Source of the DNA: an uncultured Gemmatimonadales bacterium
Lineage (GTDB): Bacteria; Gemmatimonadota; Gemmatimonadetes; Gemmatimonadales; Gemmatimonadaceae
Length of the DNA stretch: 64,000 nucleotides
Assembly (NCBI GenBank): GCA_963851265.1
Contig: CAWKNZ010000002.1
Coordinates: 672,001 to 736,000, forward strand
Reading direction: 5' to 3'
A model generated the notes under the pieces. It was not told the origin of the DNA, did no database searches, and worked only from the letters and a program-made list of their open reading frames with translations. The position numbers and the translations under genes are program-made. This document shows, in pieces, positions 39,292 through 49,226 of this stretch; position 1 is the first letter of the stretch, and every line of letters begins with the position of its first letter.

Positions 39292-40059
39292 TCAACGACC
39301 AGAACTGGCCGGTTGAAGCCGGCCGAGCAGTCGCGCCCGGAGATCGGCCGACTCCACCTTCGCCGGTGTGAGGCCGAACGCGCGTGCGAGGGACTCGGTC
39401 ACTGCCCCGCCCACGCGGTCGACGCTGGCGTCCGCCGCGAGCGCGGCCGGTGCCTCGCGGGCCACGGCAGTCATCTCGACACCGTCGATCCCGCACGGCA
39501 CGATGAGGTCGAAGTAGGCGAGTGGCTCGGGTGTCACGTTCAGCGCGAATCCATGCGACGTCACCCACTCGCGCGCGTGGACGCCGATCGACGCGAGCTT
39601 CCGCGGCAGGCCGGACGTGCCTGACGCGCCACCCGACGCCTCGGGGTCGGTCCACACCCCCGTGAACGGCGGGTTGCGCCCGGCCGCCACCCCAAACTCG
39701 GCGACCGCGTCGATGAGCGCCTGTTCGACTTGCCGGAGGTACCAGTGCAGGTCGCGGCGGTGACGCTTGAGGTCGATGATCGGGTACCCGACGAGCTGTC
39801 CGGGGCCGTGGAACGTGCTGCCGCCGCCGCGCTCGACCTCGTGCAGCTCAACGCCGCGCGCGGCCAGGAGGGCGGGCGAGGCGAGCAGACGGTTGTCGGC
39901 CGCTCGCCGGCCTAACGTGAGGACCGGCGGGTGCTCGACGAGGAGGAGCAGGTCCTCGTCGAGGTCGCCCGCGACGCGCGCGGCCGCGGCGGCTCGCATG
40001 AGGGCGAGCGCGTCCGCGTATGGCGTGAGGCCGAGGGACGTGACGAGGAGGTCGGCCAT
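39292..40059 (-). CDS. lipB: Lipoyl(octanoyl) transferase
   Basis: 'LVEHPPVLTLGR', 'RGGGSTFHGPGQLVGYP', 'KLASIG', 'HGFALNV', 'IVPCGI'. Confidence 0.96.
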   Translation of the reverse strand: MADLLVTSLGLTPYADALALMRAAAAARVAGDLDEDLLLLVEHPPVLTLGRRAADNRLLASPALLAARGVELHEVERGGGSTFHGPGQLVGYPIIDLKRHRRDLHWYLRQVEQALIDAVAEFGVAAGRNPPFTGVWTDPEASGGASGTSGLPRKLASIGVHAREWVTSHGFALNVTPEPLAYFDLIVPCGIDGVEMTAVAREAPAALAADASVDRVGGAVTESLARAFGLTPAKVESADLRARLLGRLQPASSGR

Positions 40060-40071
40060 GGTGCGCCGCGT

Positions 40072-41478
40072 CTACGCGTGGATCATCTTGCCCATCGAGT
40101 CGAGCGCGGCCTCGGCGATCGCCTCCGACAGCGTCGGGTGTGCGTGGATCGCCAGGTCGATCTCCTCGACCGTGTACTCGTTCTCGCGCGCGACCACGAG
40201 CTCGTGGATCATCTCGGTCGCGTGCGCGCCGACGATGTGTGCGCCGAGGATCTCGCCGTACTTCTTGTCGCGGAGGATCTTCACGAACCCGTCGGTCTCG
40301 CCCGACGTGCGCGCGCGCCCGTTGGCCGAGAAGGGGAACTTGCCGACCGTGTAGTCGAGCTTGCGCTCCTTCGCCTGTGCCTCGGTGAGGCCGATCGACG
40401 CGACCTCGGGGTGGCAATACGTGCAGTTGGGCACGTTGGCGTAGTTCACGGGGTGCGGGTGCTGGCCGGCAATCAGTTCCGCGAGCACGTGCCCTTCGCG
40501 CGAGCCCTTGTGCGCGAGCATCTGGTTACCCGCGACGTCGCCGATCGCGTACACGCCGGCGACGCTCGTGCGAAACTGGTCGTCGATCTTGACGAACCCA
40601 CGCTCGGTGAGCTGGACGCCCGCTTCCTTGAGCCCGGCCGTGTCGGTGTTGGCCGTGCGGCCGGCCGCGACGAGCACCTTGTCAACCGTCATGTCGCGCT
40701 TCTCGCCCGCGGCCTCGACGGTGAGGGACACGGAGCTCGGGCCGACCTTCACGTTCGACATCTTGGCGCCGGTGAGGATCTCGATCCCGCGCTTCCTGAA
40801 CGCCTTGGCCACCTCGGCCGCGCTGTCGGCGTCTTCGAGCGGAAGGATCTGCGGTGCAACCTCGACGATCGTGACCTTGGTGCCGTAGGCGTTGAACACG
40901 TCGCCGAATTCGCAGCCGACCGCGCCCGCGCCGACGACGAGCATCGACGCCGGCGCCTTCTCGAGGACGAGCACGTCGTCGCTCGATAGCACGGTCGTCT
41001 TGTTCAGTTCGAGCCCTACCTGCGGCAGCCCGCGCACGCGCGACCCGGTGGCGATGACGACGGCCTTACGGGCGTCGTGCGTCTCGGTCTTGCCGTCGGG
41101 CGTCTTGACGACGATCTGCTTGCCGCCGTTGCCGAGCTTCGCCTCGCCCTTGAGGTAGGTGACCTTGTTCTTCTTGAAGAGGAACTCGACGCCCTTGGAG
41201 TTCTGCTGGCTCACGCCGCGCGAGCGCTTCATCGCCGGGGTGAAGTCGAGCGAGATCTCGCCGAGGGTGATCCCGTGTTCGCCGGCCTTCTTGAGGTGGT
41301 TGGCGAGGTTGGCGCTCTCGAGCAGCGCCTTGGCGGGGATGCAGCCCCAGAGGACGCAGGTGCCGCCGAGCGCCTCGCGTTCGACGACGGCGGTGGCGAG
41401 GCCGAGCTGGGCGCAGCGGATGGCGCAGACATAGCCGGCGGGGCCGCCGCCGAGGATGATGACGTCGTAGGAAGCCAT
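40072..41478 (-). CDS. lpdA: Dihydrolipoamide dehydrogenase (E3)
   Basis: 'GGGPAGY', 'GGTCVLWGCIP', 'GAGAVGCE', 'HAHPTLSE'. Confidence 0.97.
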   Translation of the reverse strand: MASYDVIILGGGPAGYVCAIRCAQLGLATAVVEREALGGTCVLWGCIPAKALLESANLANHLKKAGEHGITLGEISLDFTPAMKRSRGVSQQNSKGVEFLFKKNKVTYLKGEAKLGNGGKQIVVKTPDGKTETHDARKAVVIATGSRVRGLPQVGLELNKTTVLSSDDVLVLEKAPASMLVVGAGAVGCEFGDVFNAYGTKVTIVEVAPQILPLEDADSAAEVAKAFRKRGIEILTGAKMSNVKVGPSSVSLTVEAAGEKRDMTVDKVLVAAGRTANTDTAGLKEAGVQLTERGFVKIDDQFRTSVAGVYAIGDVAGNQMLAHKGSREGHVLAELIAGQHPHPVNYANVPNCTYCHPEVASIGLTEAQAKERKLDYTVGKFPFSANGRARTSGETDGFVKILRDKKYGEILGAHIVGAHATEMIHELVVARENEYTVEEIDLAIHAHPTLSEAIAEAALDSMGKMIHA

Positions 41479-41721
41479 GAAGGCGGACGGGAAAGTTGGG
41501 CGCGCGGGTGCCGCGCGACACCGGAATCTAGCCGGGGCGGCATGCAACGCCGCCGCTACGCTTGGTACGATGACGGAACGTCCGCGCCCCGATTGTGACC
41601 GGCGATGGTACGCTCGGGTCTCCTTCGTCTGAGTGCCGTGGGCTCCGGTGCGCTGTCTCTGGCGCGACGGGCACGCGTGCGCGTGCGGGCGTGTCGCGCC
41701 CATACACCTCTAGGAGGACAT

Positions 41722-44700
41722 GTGAGGCAACTTCGTACGCTGCTGCCAGCGGCAGCGGCCACGGTGGCCATGTCGGCCATCGCGTCGCAGGCGCAGGCGC
41801 AGCGCCGCGTGACGGGCATCATCACGGGCGAGGGCGGCGCGCCGCTGAGCGCCGCGAGTGTGCAGATCGTCGGGACGCAGACCGGCACGTACACGAACGA
41901 GGCCGGTCGGTTCGCCATCCAGGCCGGCGCCGGCACGCAGACGTTGCGCGTCCGTCGCATCGGGTTCCGGGCGCAGACGGTCACGGTCGGGCCCGGGCAG
42001 ACGGACGTCGGGACGATCAACCTGACGCGCGACGTGCTGCAGCTCGAGGCGCAGGTCGTGACGGGTACGGCGACGAGCGTCTCGCGGGCGAACGCCGCGA
42101 ATGCGGTCGCGCAGGTCACGGCGACCGAACTGAACCGCGCGCCTGCGCAGACGGTCGACAACGCGCTCCAGGGGAAGGTCGCCGGCGCGATCATCAGCAC
42201 CAACTCGGGCGCGCCCGGCGGCGGCACGCAGGTGCAGCTCCGCGGCGTGACGTCGGTCAACGCGAGCGCGAGCCCACTGTACGTGGTGGACGGGGTGCTC
42301 ATCAGCAACCAGTCGTTCGGCAACGGCTTGAACTCGTTGACCTCGGCGGGCGCGGGCATCACGACTAGCCAGGACCAGCAGGTCAACCGCGTCGCGGACC
42401 TCAACCCCGAGGACATCGAAAGCATCGAGGTGCTCAAGGGGCCGTCGGCGGGCGCGATCTACGGGTCGAAGGCGTCGAACGGCGTCATCGTGATCCGCAC
42501 GAAGCGCGGCTCCGGGACTCGGCCGCAGTGGAACCTCTCGCAGCGCCTCGGCAACTATTCCCTGCAGGGGAATCGGAAGCTCAACATGCGCTGCTTCCAC
42601 TCGATCGCCGAGATCAACGGCTATCTGGACAATTATTCGTCGGGGACCGCGGCCGATTACGGCATCACGTCGGACAACGGCATCCCCTGCTACGACTACC
42701 AGAACGAGTTCTACGACGGGAACGGCAGTGGCCCGTCGTACCAGTCGAACGTCGCCCTGAGCGGCGGGACGGCCGGCGGGACGACGTACCGCATCGCCGG
42801 CTTCGGCCAGCGCGACAACGGCATCCAGCGGGGCACGTACTACAACAAGCAGTCGCTGTCGGCCAACGTCGGCCAGACGGTCGGCAAGCGCCTCACGTTG
42901 CAGTCGAACAACGAGTTCCTGCACACGCTCACCGACCGCGGGCTCTCGGGCAACGACAACACGCCCGTAGTTTCGCCGGTGTCGGTGTTCTCGAACACGC
43001 CGCAGTTCTACAACCTGATGGCGAAGAACCCGGCCGGGCAGTACGTGTCCAACCCGTTCCTCGACGGCGCCGGGAGCACCAACCCGTTCCAGAACGCGCA
43101 GATCGTGAAGACGCCGCAGGACGTCTTCCGCTACATCGGCAGCGTCAACGCGACGTACAACGCGTACGCCGGCGAGCGCCAGACGTTCGACATTTCGGTG
43201 CTCGGCGGGCTGGACATCTTCAACCAGAACAACAAGCTGAACTCGCCGCCCGAGGCGTACTTCGAGCCGGCCGACGGCTTCCCGGGCACGATCGTCAACA
43301 CGAACGTCACGAGCCAGTACGCGAACCTGAACGTGACGGGCGTGCACCGCTACACGGTCAAGCCATTCACGGCGACGACGTCGTTCGGTCTCCGGCACGA
43401 GTACCGGAACAGCGACGCGGCATTCGACCAGGGCCGGACGATTCCGTCGGGCGCGCAGAACATCGGTCTCGCGGCGTTCCAGTCGCTCACCGAACAGCGC
43501 TTCCGCGTGTTCGACACGGGCGTGTTCGCGCAGGAAGAGTTCCTCACGCTGAACGAGCGTCTGCTGCTGACGGGCGCGATCAACGCCGAGCGGTCGACGG
43601 TGAACGGCGCCTCGAATCACTTCTACGCCTTCCCGAAGGCGGCGGCGTCGTACCGCGTGCCGATCACGCTGCCGAAGACGGACGAGTTCAAGCTGCGCTT
43701 CGCGTACGGCAAGGCGGGCAACCAGCCCTCGTTCGGCCTCGCGTACACGGCCCTCCCGGTCAGCCTCTACGGCGGGACGCAGGGCGCGCAGATCTCGACG
43801 TTCGCCGGGAACAACGCGATCCGCCCGGAGATCTCGACCGAGATCGAGGGTGGAATCGACTGGAACCTCTTCCGCGGCCGCCTCGGGCTCGAGGCGACGC
43901 TGTTCCGCGACAACGTCAAGGACCTCGTGTTGAACGCGAACACGGCGTTCTCGACCGGGTTCGCGCAGCAGGCGGTCAACGCGGGCGCATTCTACAAGAC
44001 CGGAACCGAGCTCTCGCTGAACGCGACGCCGGTGCAGTTGAAGCACTTCACCTGGATCTCGCGCACGACGTTCGCGACGGTGAACAGCCGCGTGACGAGT
44101 CTGCAGGCGAATCTGCCGACCGGCACGATCAACCTGCCCTGCCAGAACGTGGGCGCGTACTTCTCGGCCCGCTACGGCGCGCCGTGGCTGTGCAAGGGGA
44201 ACTCGATCACCACGGTCCAGGCGCAGTACGGGTGGGACAGCACGTTCTCGTCGACCGGCGCGTTCGTCAGCCGGGCGGCGCACTACAACTACTACGAGAG
44301 CCTGCCGCGCTTCAACATGGGCTTCTCGAACGACTTCAACGTCGGCCCGGTCCGGCTCTCCGGCCTCGTCGACTGGCGGAAGGGCGGCAAGGTCGCCAAC
44401 CTGACGAACAACTATTTCGACGGGACGAACCTCTTCGCCGACACGATCGCGTCGCAGACGCGGCTTTCGCAGTTCAGCACCCTGCGCCGCCCCGTGTACC
44501 TCGAGAACGGGACGTTCGTGAAGCTGCGCGAGATCAACGCCTCGTACGCGCTGCCGACGCAGTTCGTACACCGCTACCTCGGCGGGCGCGCGGACGCGCT
44601 CCGCGTCGAGTTCTCGGGCCGCAATCTCTACACCTGGTCGAAGTACACGGGGTACGATCCCGAGGTCTCGAACTTCGGGAACCAGAACCTCGGCCGCTTC

Positions 44701-44763
44701 CAGGACGTCACGCCCTACCCGCCGAGCCGTAGCTACTTCTTCTCGGTCAGCGCGAACTTCTGA
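41722..44763 (+). CDS. SusC/RagA-family TonB-dependent transporter
   Basis: GTG 41722 after AGGAGG; 'DLNPEDIESIEVLKGPSAGAIYGSKASNGVIVIRTKRG'; 'YTGYDPE'; ends 'SVSANF'. Confidence 0.95.
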   Translation: MRQLRTLLPAAAATVAMSAIASQAQAQRRVTGIITGEGGAPLSAASVQIVGTQTGTYTNEAGRFAIQAGAGTQTLRVRRIGFRAQTVTVGPGQTDVGTINLTRDVLQLEAQVVTGTATSVSRANAANAVAQVTATELNRAPAQTVDNALQGKVAGAIISTNSGAPGGGTQVQLRGVTSVNASASPLYVVDGVLISNQSFGNGLNSLTSAGAGITTSQDQQVNRVADLNPEDIESIEVLKGPSAGAIYGSKASNGVIVIRTKRGSGTRPQWNLSQRLGNYSLQGNRKLNMRCFHSIAEINGYLDNYSSGTAADYGITSDNGIPCYDYQNEFYDGNGSGPSYQSNVALSGGTAGGTTYRIAGFGQRDNGIQRGTYYNKQSLSANVGQTVGKRLTLQSNNEFLHTLTDRGLSGNDNTPVVSPVSVFSNTPQFYNLMAKNPAGQYVSNPFLDGAGSTNPFQNAQIVKTPQDVFRYIGSVNATYNAYAGERQTFDISVLGGLDIFNQNNKLNSPPEAYFEPADGFPGTIVNTNVTSQYANLNVTGVHRYTVKPFTATTSFGLRHEYRNSDAAFDQGRTIPSGAQNIGLAAFQSLTEQRFRVFDTGVFAQEEFLTLNERLLLTGAINAERSTVNGASNHFYAFPKAAASYRVPITLPKTDEFKLRFAYGKAGNQPSFGLAYTALPVSLYGGTQGAQISTFAGNNAIRPEISTEIEGGIDWNLFRGRLGLEATLFRDNVKDLVLNANTAFSTGFAQQAVNAGAFYKTGTELSLNATPVQLKHFTWISRTTFATVNSRVTSLQANLPTGTINLPCQNVGAYFSARYGAPWLCKGNSITTVQAQYGWDSTFSSTGAFVSRAAHYNYYESLPRFNMGFSNDFNVGPVRLSGLVDWRKGGKVANLTNNYFDGTNLFADTIASQTRLSQFSTLRRPVYLENGTFVKLREINASYALPTQFVHRYLGGRADALRVEFSGRNLYTWSKYTGYDPEVSNFGNQNLGRFQDVTPYPPSRSYFFSVSANF

Positions 44764-44781
44764 CCGCCTCAGACCATACCG

Positions 44782-46224
44782 ATGCGTAATCGTCTCTTCA
44801 GGTCTGCGACGCTGGCTACCGCCGGGACCGTCGCGCTCGCGGCGGGCTGCAAGGAGGCCACGTCCGTTCAGGACCTCAACAACCTGCCCGCGAACACGAT
44901 CGCGAGCGGCCTGACCCCGTCGACGTTCCAGCTGCTCACGACGGGCGTCATCAACTCCGATCGCGCGAACGTCGGGTTTCGATTCATCGTCTTCTCCGAA
45001 ACGATGGCGCGCGACGTCTACAACCTCGACCCGTCGGAATCTCGGTTCATCACCGAGCTGCTCGGCCCGCAGGGAATCGATCCGAGCGCGTTTTCCGGCG
45101 GCAGCGCGTTCCTCGGCTTCTACAACACGATCGCGACGATCAACACCGTCCTCGGCGGGCTGGCGGGACTCGGAACCAACTACGGTTTCACGAGCCAGCA
45201 GATCAGCGCGTCGACCGGGTTCCTGCAGACGTACAAGGCGCTCGAGCTGTACCACGTGTTCGAGACGCGCGGGCCGAACGGTCTTCCGGCGGACGCGGCG
45301 ACCTCGGTGAACGGCACGTTGTCGCCGCTGCTCTGCCAGACGAGTGCGCTGGCGCGCATCTCGGCGCTGCTCGACAGCGGGTACACCAACTTGCAGAACG
45401 GCGGAACGTCGTTCCCGTTCACGCTCCCGGGCGGGTTCACGAGCAACGGCAACTTCGCGACACCCGCCGGGTTCGCGAAATTCAACCGCGGCCTGAAGGC
45501 GAAGGCCGAGTTGTACCGCGGCGTCATCGCGCAGAACGGCAATCCGGCGAGCCCGGCGGGCGCGGCGAACTTCACGGCGGCGCTCGCGGCGTTGCAGTCG
45601 TCGTTCATCAATCCGACGGGCGACCTGACGACCGGCGTGTACTATCAGTACGTGGTGGCGCCGAACGAGCAGGTGAACCCGATCGCCGCGCCGACGGTCT
45701 ACCTCAACCAGGCGGTCGGCGACAGCATCCAGCCGGGCGACCTGCGCGCCGCGGAGATCACGAAGCTCTCGAAGCCGCGCACGCTCAACCGGGTGACGAC
45801 GAATTACACGTCGCCGCTCTCGTCCCCGTCCAACCAGACGGGCCCGATCCCGATCCTGCGGAACGCGGAGCTCGTGCTGGTGCGCGCGCAGGCCGAGATC
45901 GGACTCGGGCAGCTCGCGGCCGCGACGTCGGACATCAACGCCGTGCGCACCGTCGAGGGCGGCCCGGCCCTGGCCGCCTACTCGCCGTTCACGAGCGCCG
46001 GTGCGGCGCTCAACGCCGACCTGTACGAGAAGCGGTACTCGCTGCTCCTCACGGGCGCGCAACGGCTGGTGGACCTGCGCTCGTACAACCTGCTGAACGC
46101 GACCAACGGCCTGCACAAGGTCGAGATCACCCTCCCGGCGCCGGATCAGTTCAATACCGCGCTGCCGATCCCGAAGCAGGAAACGGACGCGCGCGGCGGG
46201 AACGTCTCGCTCACGTGCAGCTGA
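44782..46224 (+). CDS. SusD/RagB-family lipoprotein
   Basis: Lipobox 'LAAG-C'; 'ILRNAELVLVRAQA', 'LYEKRYSL...QRLVDLR', 'LPIP..E'. Confidence 0.92.
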   Translation: MRNRLFRSATLATAGTVALAAGCKEATSVQDLNNLPANTIASGLTPSTFQLLTTGVINSDRANVGFRFIVFSETMARDVYNLDPSESRFITELLGPQGIDPSAFSGGSAFLGFYNTIATINTVLGGLAGLGTNYGFTSQQISASTGFLQTYKALELYHVFETRGPNGLPADAATSVNGTLSPLLCQTSALARISALLDSGYTNLQNGGTSFPFTLPGGFTSNGNFATPAGFAKFNRGLKAKAELYRGVIAQNGNPASPAGAANFTAALAALQSSFINPTGDLTTGVYYQYVVAPNEQVNPIAAPTVYLNQAVGDSIQPGDLRAAEITKLSKPRTLNRVTTNYTSPLSSPSNQTGPIPILRNAELVLVRAQAEIGLGQLAAATSDINAVRTVEGGPALAAYSPFTSAGAALNADLYEKRYSLLLTGAQRLVDLRSYNLLNATNGLHKVEITLPAPDQFNTALPIPKQETDARGGNVSLTCS

Positions 46225-46246
46225 CCTGAGCGGCGATCTGTCGTAG

Positions 46247-46282
46247 CGGAGGGCCCGGGCGCAATCGCGTCCGGGCCCTCCG
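46247..46282 (+). terminator. Stem-loop after susD
   Basis: cggagggcccgggcgc-aatc-gcgtccgggccctccg. Confidence 0.65.
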
Positions 46283-46380
46283 TGCGTTCGCCCTTGCGCG
46301 TCCGCGGTCCTCGTCGCATCGTCGCGTGGTCGGCGCAACGGTGTTGCGTACCGTCTCCGCGCGCAGCAGGAGGGAAGCGA

Positions 46381-47613
46381 ATGCAGCTCGTGTCGAGGGC
46401 GCTTCGGTGCGCGCGACGAACCACGCCCGCGATCGCGGCCGGCGTCGCGAGCACGGCCGGGCGGATGCTGGTCGCCGCGGCGCTCGCAATGTGCGGACTC
46501 GGCAGCGCGTCCGCCCGCGCACAGGCACCGAGTACCGTCCCGGACGCGCGTCACACGGTGATCGGGAGCGTCCGCGCGGCCGACGAAAGCCGGCTCGTTG
46601 GCGCGCACGTGCAGCTCAACCGCCCGGGCCGAACCGGCGCGCCTGCGATCGTCGTGATCACCGAGGCGGACGGCGTGTTCCGCTTCGAGCACGTTCCGGA
46701 AGGCTCGGCCGCGCTCGTCGTCCGGCGCCTCGGTTTTCGCCCCGAAACTCTCAGCGTCGAGGTCCCGCAGCTCGAAGGCGGTCCGGTGGTCGTGGCGCTC
46801 GAACGCGTGGCCCAGCAGATCGCTCCGGTGACGGTCCGCGGGACCCGGCATGCGGCGCGCCTCGCGTCGGCGTTCGAACGCCGGCGTGCGAGCGGGCTCG
46901 GGCGGTACATCACGCGCGAGGAGATCGAGCGCCGGAACCCCCAGCGCACGACCGATCTCCTCCGCGACCTGGCCGGCGTGACCGTGACCGGGTCAGGACC
47001 GCGCTTCCGGGGCGCGGGAAGCGCGTCGTGCAGCCCGGTCTATTTTCTCGACGGGATGCCGGTCGGCGCCGGGACGCTCGACCTCGACGCGATCAGCCCG
47101 AAGTCGATCGAGGCGATCGAGGTCTACAGCGGCGCCGCGACGGTGCCGGCGGCGCTGCGTACCGCGATGTCGCCCGGGGGGTGCGGCGCGGTCGTCCTCT
47201 GGAGCCGGCAGGGGAGCACACCCCGCGATCTGTTAGGCGCGGTCGGTGCGGTCGACTCGCTGGAGGACATCGTCTCGCGTGGCCTCGCGTACACGGCGGA
47301 TCAGGTCGAACTCGCGGCGGCTCCGCTTCCCGGGCTCGGCCCAGTTCCGGCGTACCCCGACTCGCTGCTCGCGGCGGGCGCGCGGGGGCGCGTGGTGGCC
47401 GAGTTCATCGTCGACGGGCAGGGACACGTCGACGCCGAAACGGTCGGCATCGTATCGAGTTCACACCCCCTATTCGCCGAGGCCGTGCGTGCGGCCGTGA
47501 TCGACGCCCGGTTCTCGCCCGCGTATCGGGAGGGGCACGTCGTGCGGCAGGTAGTGCACCTGCCGGTCGACTTCGACCCGCGCGGTCCGACCGCGGCACC
47601 CGCGCCTCGCTGA
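46381..47613 (+). CDS. Carboxypeptidase-regulatory-like + TonB-receptor plug + TonB C-terminal domain fusion (no beta-barrel)
   Basis: 'TEADGVFRF...VRRLGFRP'; plug 'YITREEIE...TDLLRDLAGV...YFLDG...SIEAIEVY'; TonB-C 'PAYPDSL...GRVVAEFIVDGQGHV...RFSPA...G..VRQVVHLPVDF'. Confidence 0.75.
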   Translation: MQLVSRALRCARRTTPAIAAGVASTAGRMLVAAALAMCGLGSASARAQAPSTVPDARHTVIGSVRAADESRLVGAHVQLNRPGRTGAPAIVVITEADGVFRFEHVPEGSAALVVRRLGFRPETLSVEVPQLEGGPVVVALERVAQQIAPVTVRGTRHAARLASAFERRRASGLGRYITREEIERRNPQRTTDLLRDLAGVTVTGSGPRFRGAGSASCSPVYFLDGMPVGAGTLDLDAISPKSIEAIEVYSGAATVPAALRTAMSPGGCGAVVLWSRQGSTPRDLLGAVGAVDSLEDIVSRGLAYTADQVELAAAPLPGLGPVPAYPDSLLAAGARGRVVAEFIVDGQGHVDAETVGIVSSSHPLFAEAVRAAVIDARFSPAYREGHVVRQVVHLPVDFDPRGPTAAPAPR

Positions 47614-47647
47614 GACGCCGCCTTAGACCGGACGACGCCTGGCACGA

Positions 47648-47684
47648 ACGCGGGGGTCGGGCGACGATCGCCCGGCCCCCGCGT
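47648..47684. terminator. Hairpin between convergent genes
   Basis: acgcgggggtcgggcga-cga-tcgcccggcccccgcgt. Confidence 0.65.
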
Positions 47685-47715
47685 CCACCCGCACGTCGTT
47701 AGGCGACCGCGCCGC

Positions 47716-49218
47716 TCAGAGCAGCATGAGCGGGTTCTCGATCAGCCGGCGGAGCGTCTGGAGGAACTTCGCTCCCAGCGCGCCGTCGATGATGCGGTGA
47801 TCGCAGCTCATCGTCACCCGCATCCGTTTGCGCACCACGATCGCGCCATCCTCGACCACCGCCTTGTCCTCGGCGGCGCCCACGGCCAGAATGCCGGCTT
47901 CCGGCGGGTTGATGATTGCCGTGAACTGATCGATGCCGAACATCCCGAGGTTCGACACCGAGAACGTCGAGCCGGTGAATTCCTCGGGCCGGAGCTTGCG
48001 GTCCCGCGCGCGGGCCGCCATCTCGCGCGCCTCGCGCCCGATCTGCGCGAGCCGCTTGTTCTGCGCGTCGCGGATGACCGGTGTGATCAGTCCCTCGTCG
48101 ATCGCGACCGCCATGCCGAGGTGGACGGTGTCGAAGTAGCGGATGCCGTCGCCGAGCCAGTGCGCGTTGACCTCGGGGTGCATCGAGAGTGCGACGGCCG
48201 TGGCCTTCAGCACGACGTCGTTCACCGACGCCTTGTACTCGTTGCCCATCGCCGCGAGTTGGGCGCGCAGCTCCATGACCTTGCCGATGTCGAACTCGGC
48301 GGTCAGGTAGAACGTCGGCACCGGACCGATGGACTCGGCCAGGCGCCGCGCGATCGTCCGGCGGATGGACGTCAGCGGCACGTCGCGGTAGCCGGCGCCG
48401 GCGGGCGCGGCTACCGGCGCGGGGGCGGCCGCCGGCGTGGCCGTGGGTGGGGTTGCCGTGGCCTGCGTGCTCGCGGCGGGCGGCGCCTTGGGCGGCGCGC
48501 TCGCTGCGGCCTCGACGTCGCGGCGGATCACGCGGCCGTTCGGCCCGGAGCCGCGCACCTGATCGATCTCGAGCCCGCGCTCGCTCGCCATGCGGCGCGC
48601 GAGCGGAGAGGCGAGGACGCGGCCGCCATTGTCGTCGGCGTGGCGCGCCTGTTCGCTCGCATGGTCGCCCGTGGCGGGCATCGCGGTGCGCGGCGCGAAC
48701 GCCGACGGTGCGTCGACCTTTTCCTGTGGAGGCACCGACGCTTCGCCCTGCTGCTGGTCGGGCGACTGCGGGATGCTCGACGTGCCGGCCTGCTCGCGCG
48801 CGCCGGCCGGGTCGGCGAAGACCTGCTCGGGCGCGACGTGCGTCGTCGCAGCCGCGGACCGCATACTGTCGGGCGCGAGTTGCACGGCGCCGCCGGGCGC
48901 GGGTGCTTCTTCCGCTCGCGCGCCCGCCGGCGCGGCCCGCGCCGGCGCGCCGCCGCCCGTGAGCGCCGACACGTCCTCGTCGGCCCCGCCGATGACGGCG
49001 ATCGTCTGCCCGACTGGCGCCGCCGTGTCTTCGGGAATCAGGCGCGCGCGGAGCACGCCGTCGCCGCGCGCGACGAGCTCCATGATCGCCTTGTCGGTCT
49101 CGACCTCGGCGAGCGTGTCGCCGGCCTTGACCGCGTCGCCCTCGTTCTTGAGCCACTTGACGAGGCGCCCCTCCTCCATCGTCGGGGAGAGCGCCTCCAT
49201 CATCACTTTCGTCGCCAT
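47716..49218 (-). CDS. pdhC: Pyruvate dehydrogenase E2, dihydrolipoamide acetyltransferase
   Basis: Lipoyl domain 'LSPTMEEG...EVETDKA'; E3-binding 'ASPLARR...GSGPNGRV'; catalytic 'DHRIIDG'. Confidence 0.96.
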   Translation of the reverse strand: MATKVMMEALSPTMEEGRLVKWLKNEGDAVKAGDTLAEVETDKAIMELVARGDGVLRARLIPEDTAAPVGQTIAVIGGADEDVSALTGGGAPARAAPAGARAEEAPAPGGAVQLAPDSMRSAAATTHVAPEQVFADPAGAREQAGTSSIPQSPDQQQGEASVPPQEKVDAPSAFAPRTAMPATGDHASEQARHADDNGGRVLASPLARRMASERGLEIDQVRGSGPNGRVIRRDVEAAASAPPKAPPAASTQATATPPTATPAAAPAPVAAPAGAGYRDVPLTSIRRTIARRLAESIGPVPTFYLTAEFDIGKVMELRAQLAAMGNEYKASVNDVVLKATAVALSMHPEVNAHWLGDGIRYFDTVHLGMAVAIDEGLITPVIRDAQNKRLAQIGREAREMAARARDRKLRPEEFTGSTFSVSNLGMFGIDQFTAIINPPEAGILAVGAAEDKAVVEDGAIVVRKRMRVTMSCDHRIIDGALGAKFLQTLRRLIENPLMLL

Positions 49219-49226
49219 GCCCGCCC

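Noticed and set aside
41710..46851. 1713-aa minus-strand ORF and other long antisense or alternate-frame ORFs (22472-25234, 31151-34573, 32220-35540, 7099-8682 and others)
   Set aside because: These are shadows of well-supported genes. Stop codons are scarce in off-frames at this GC content, and the translations are Arg-rich without motifs.
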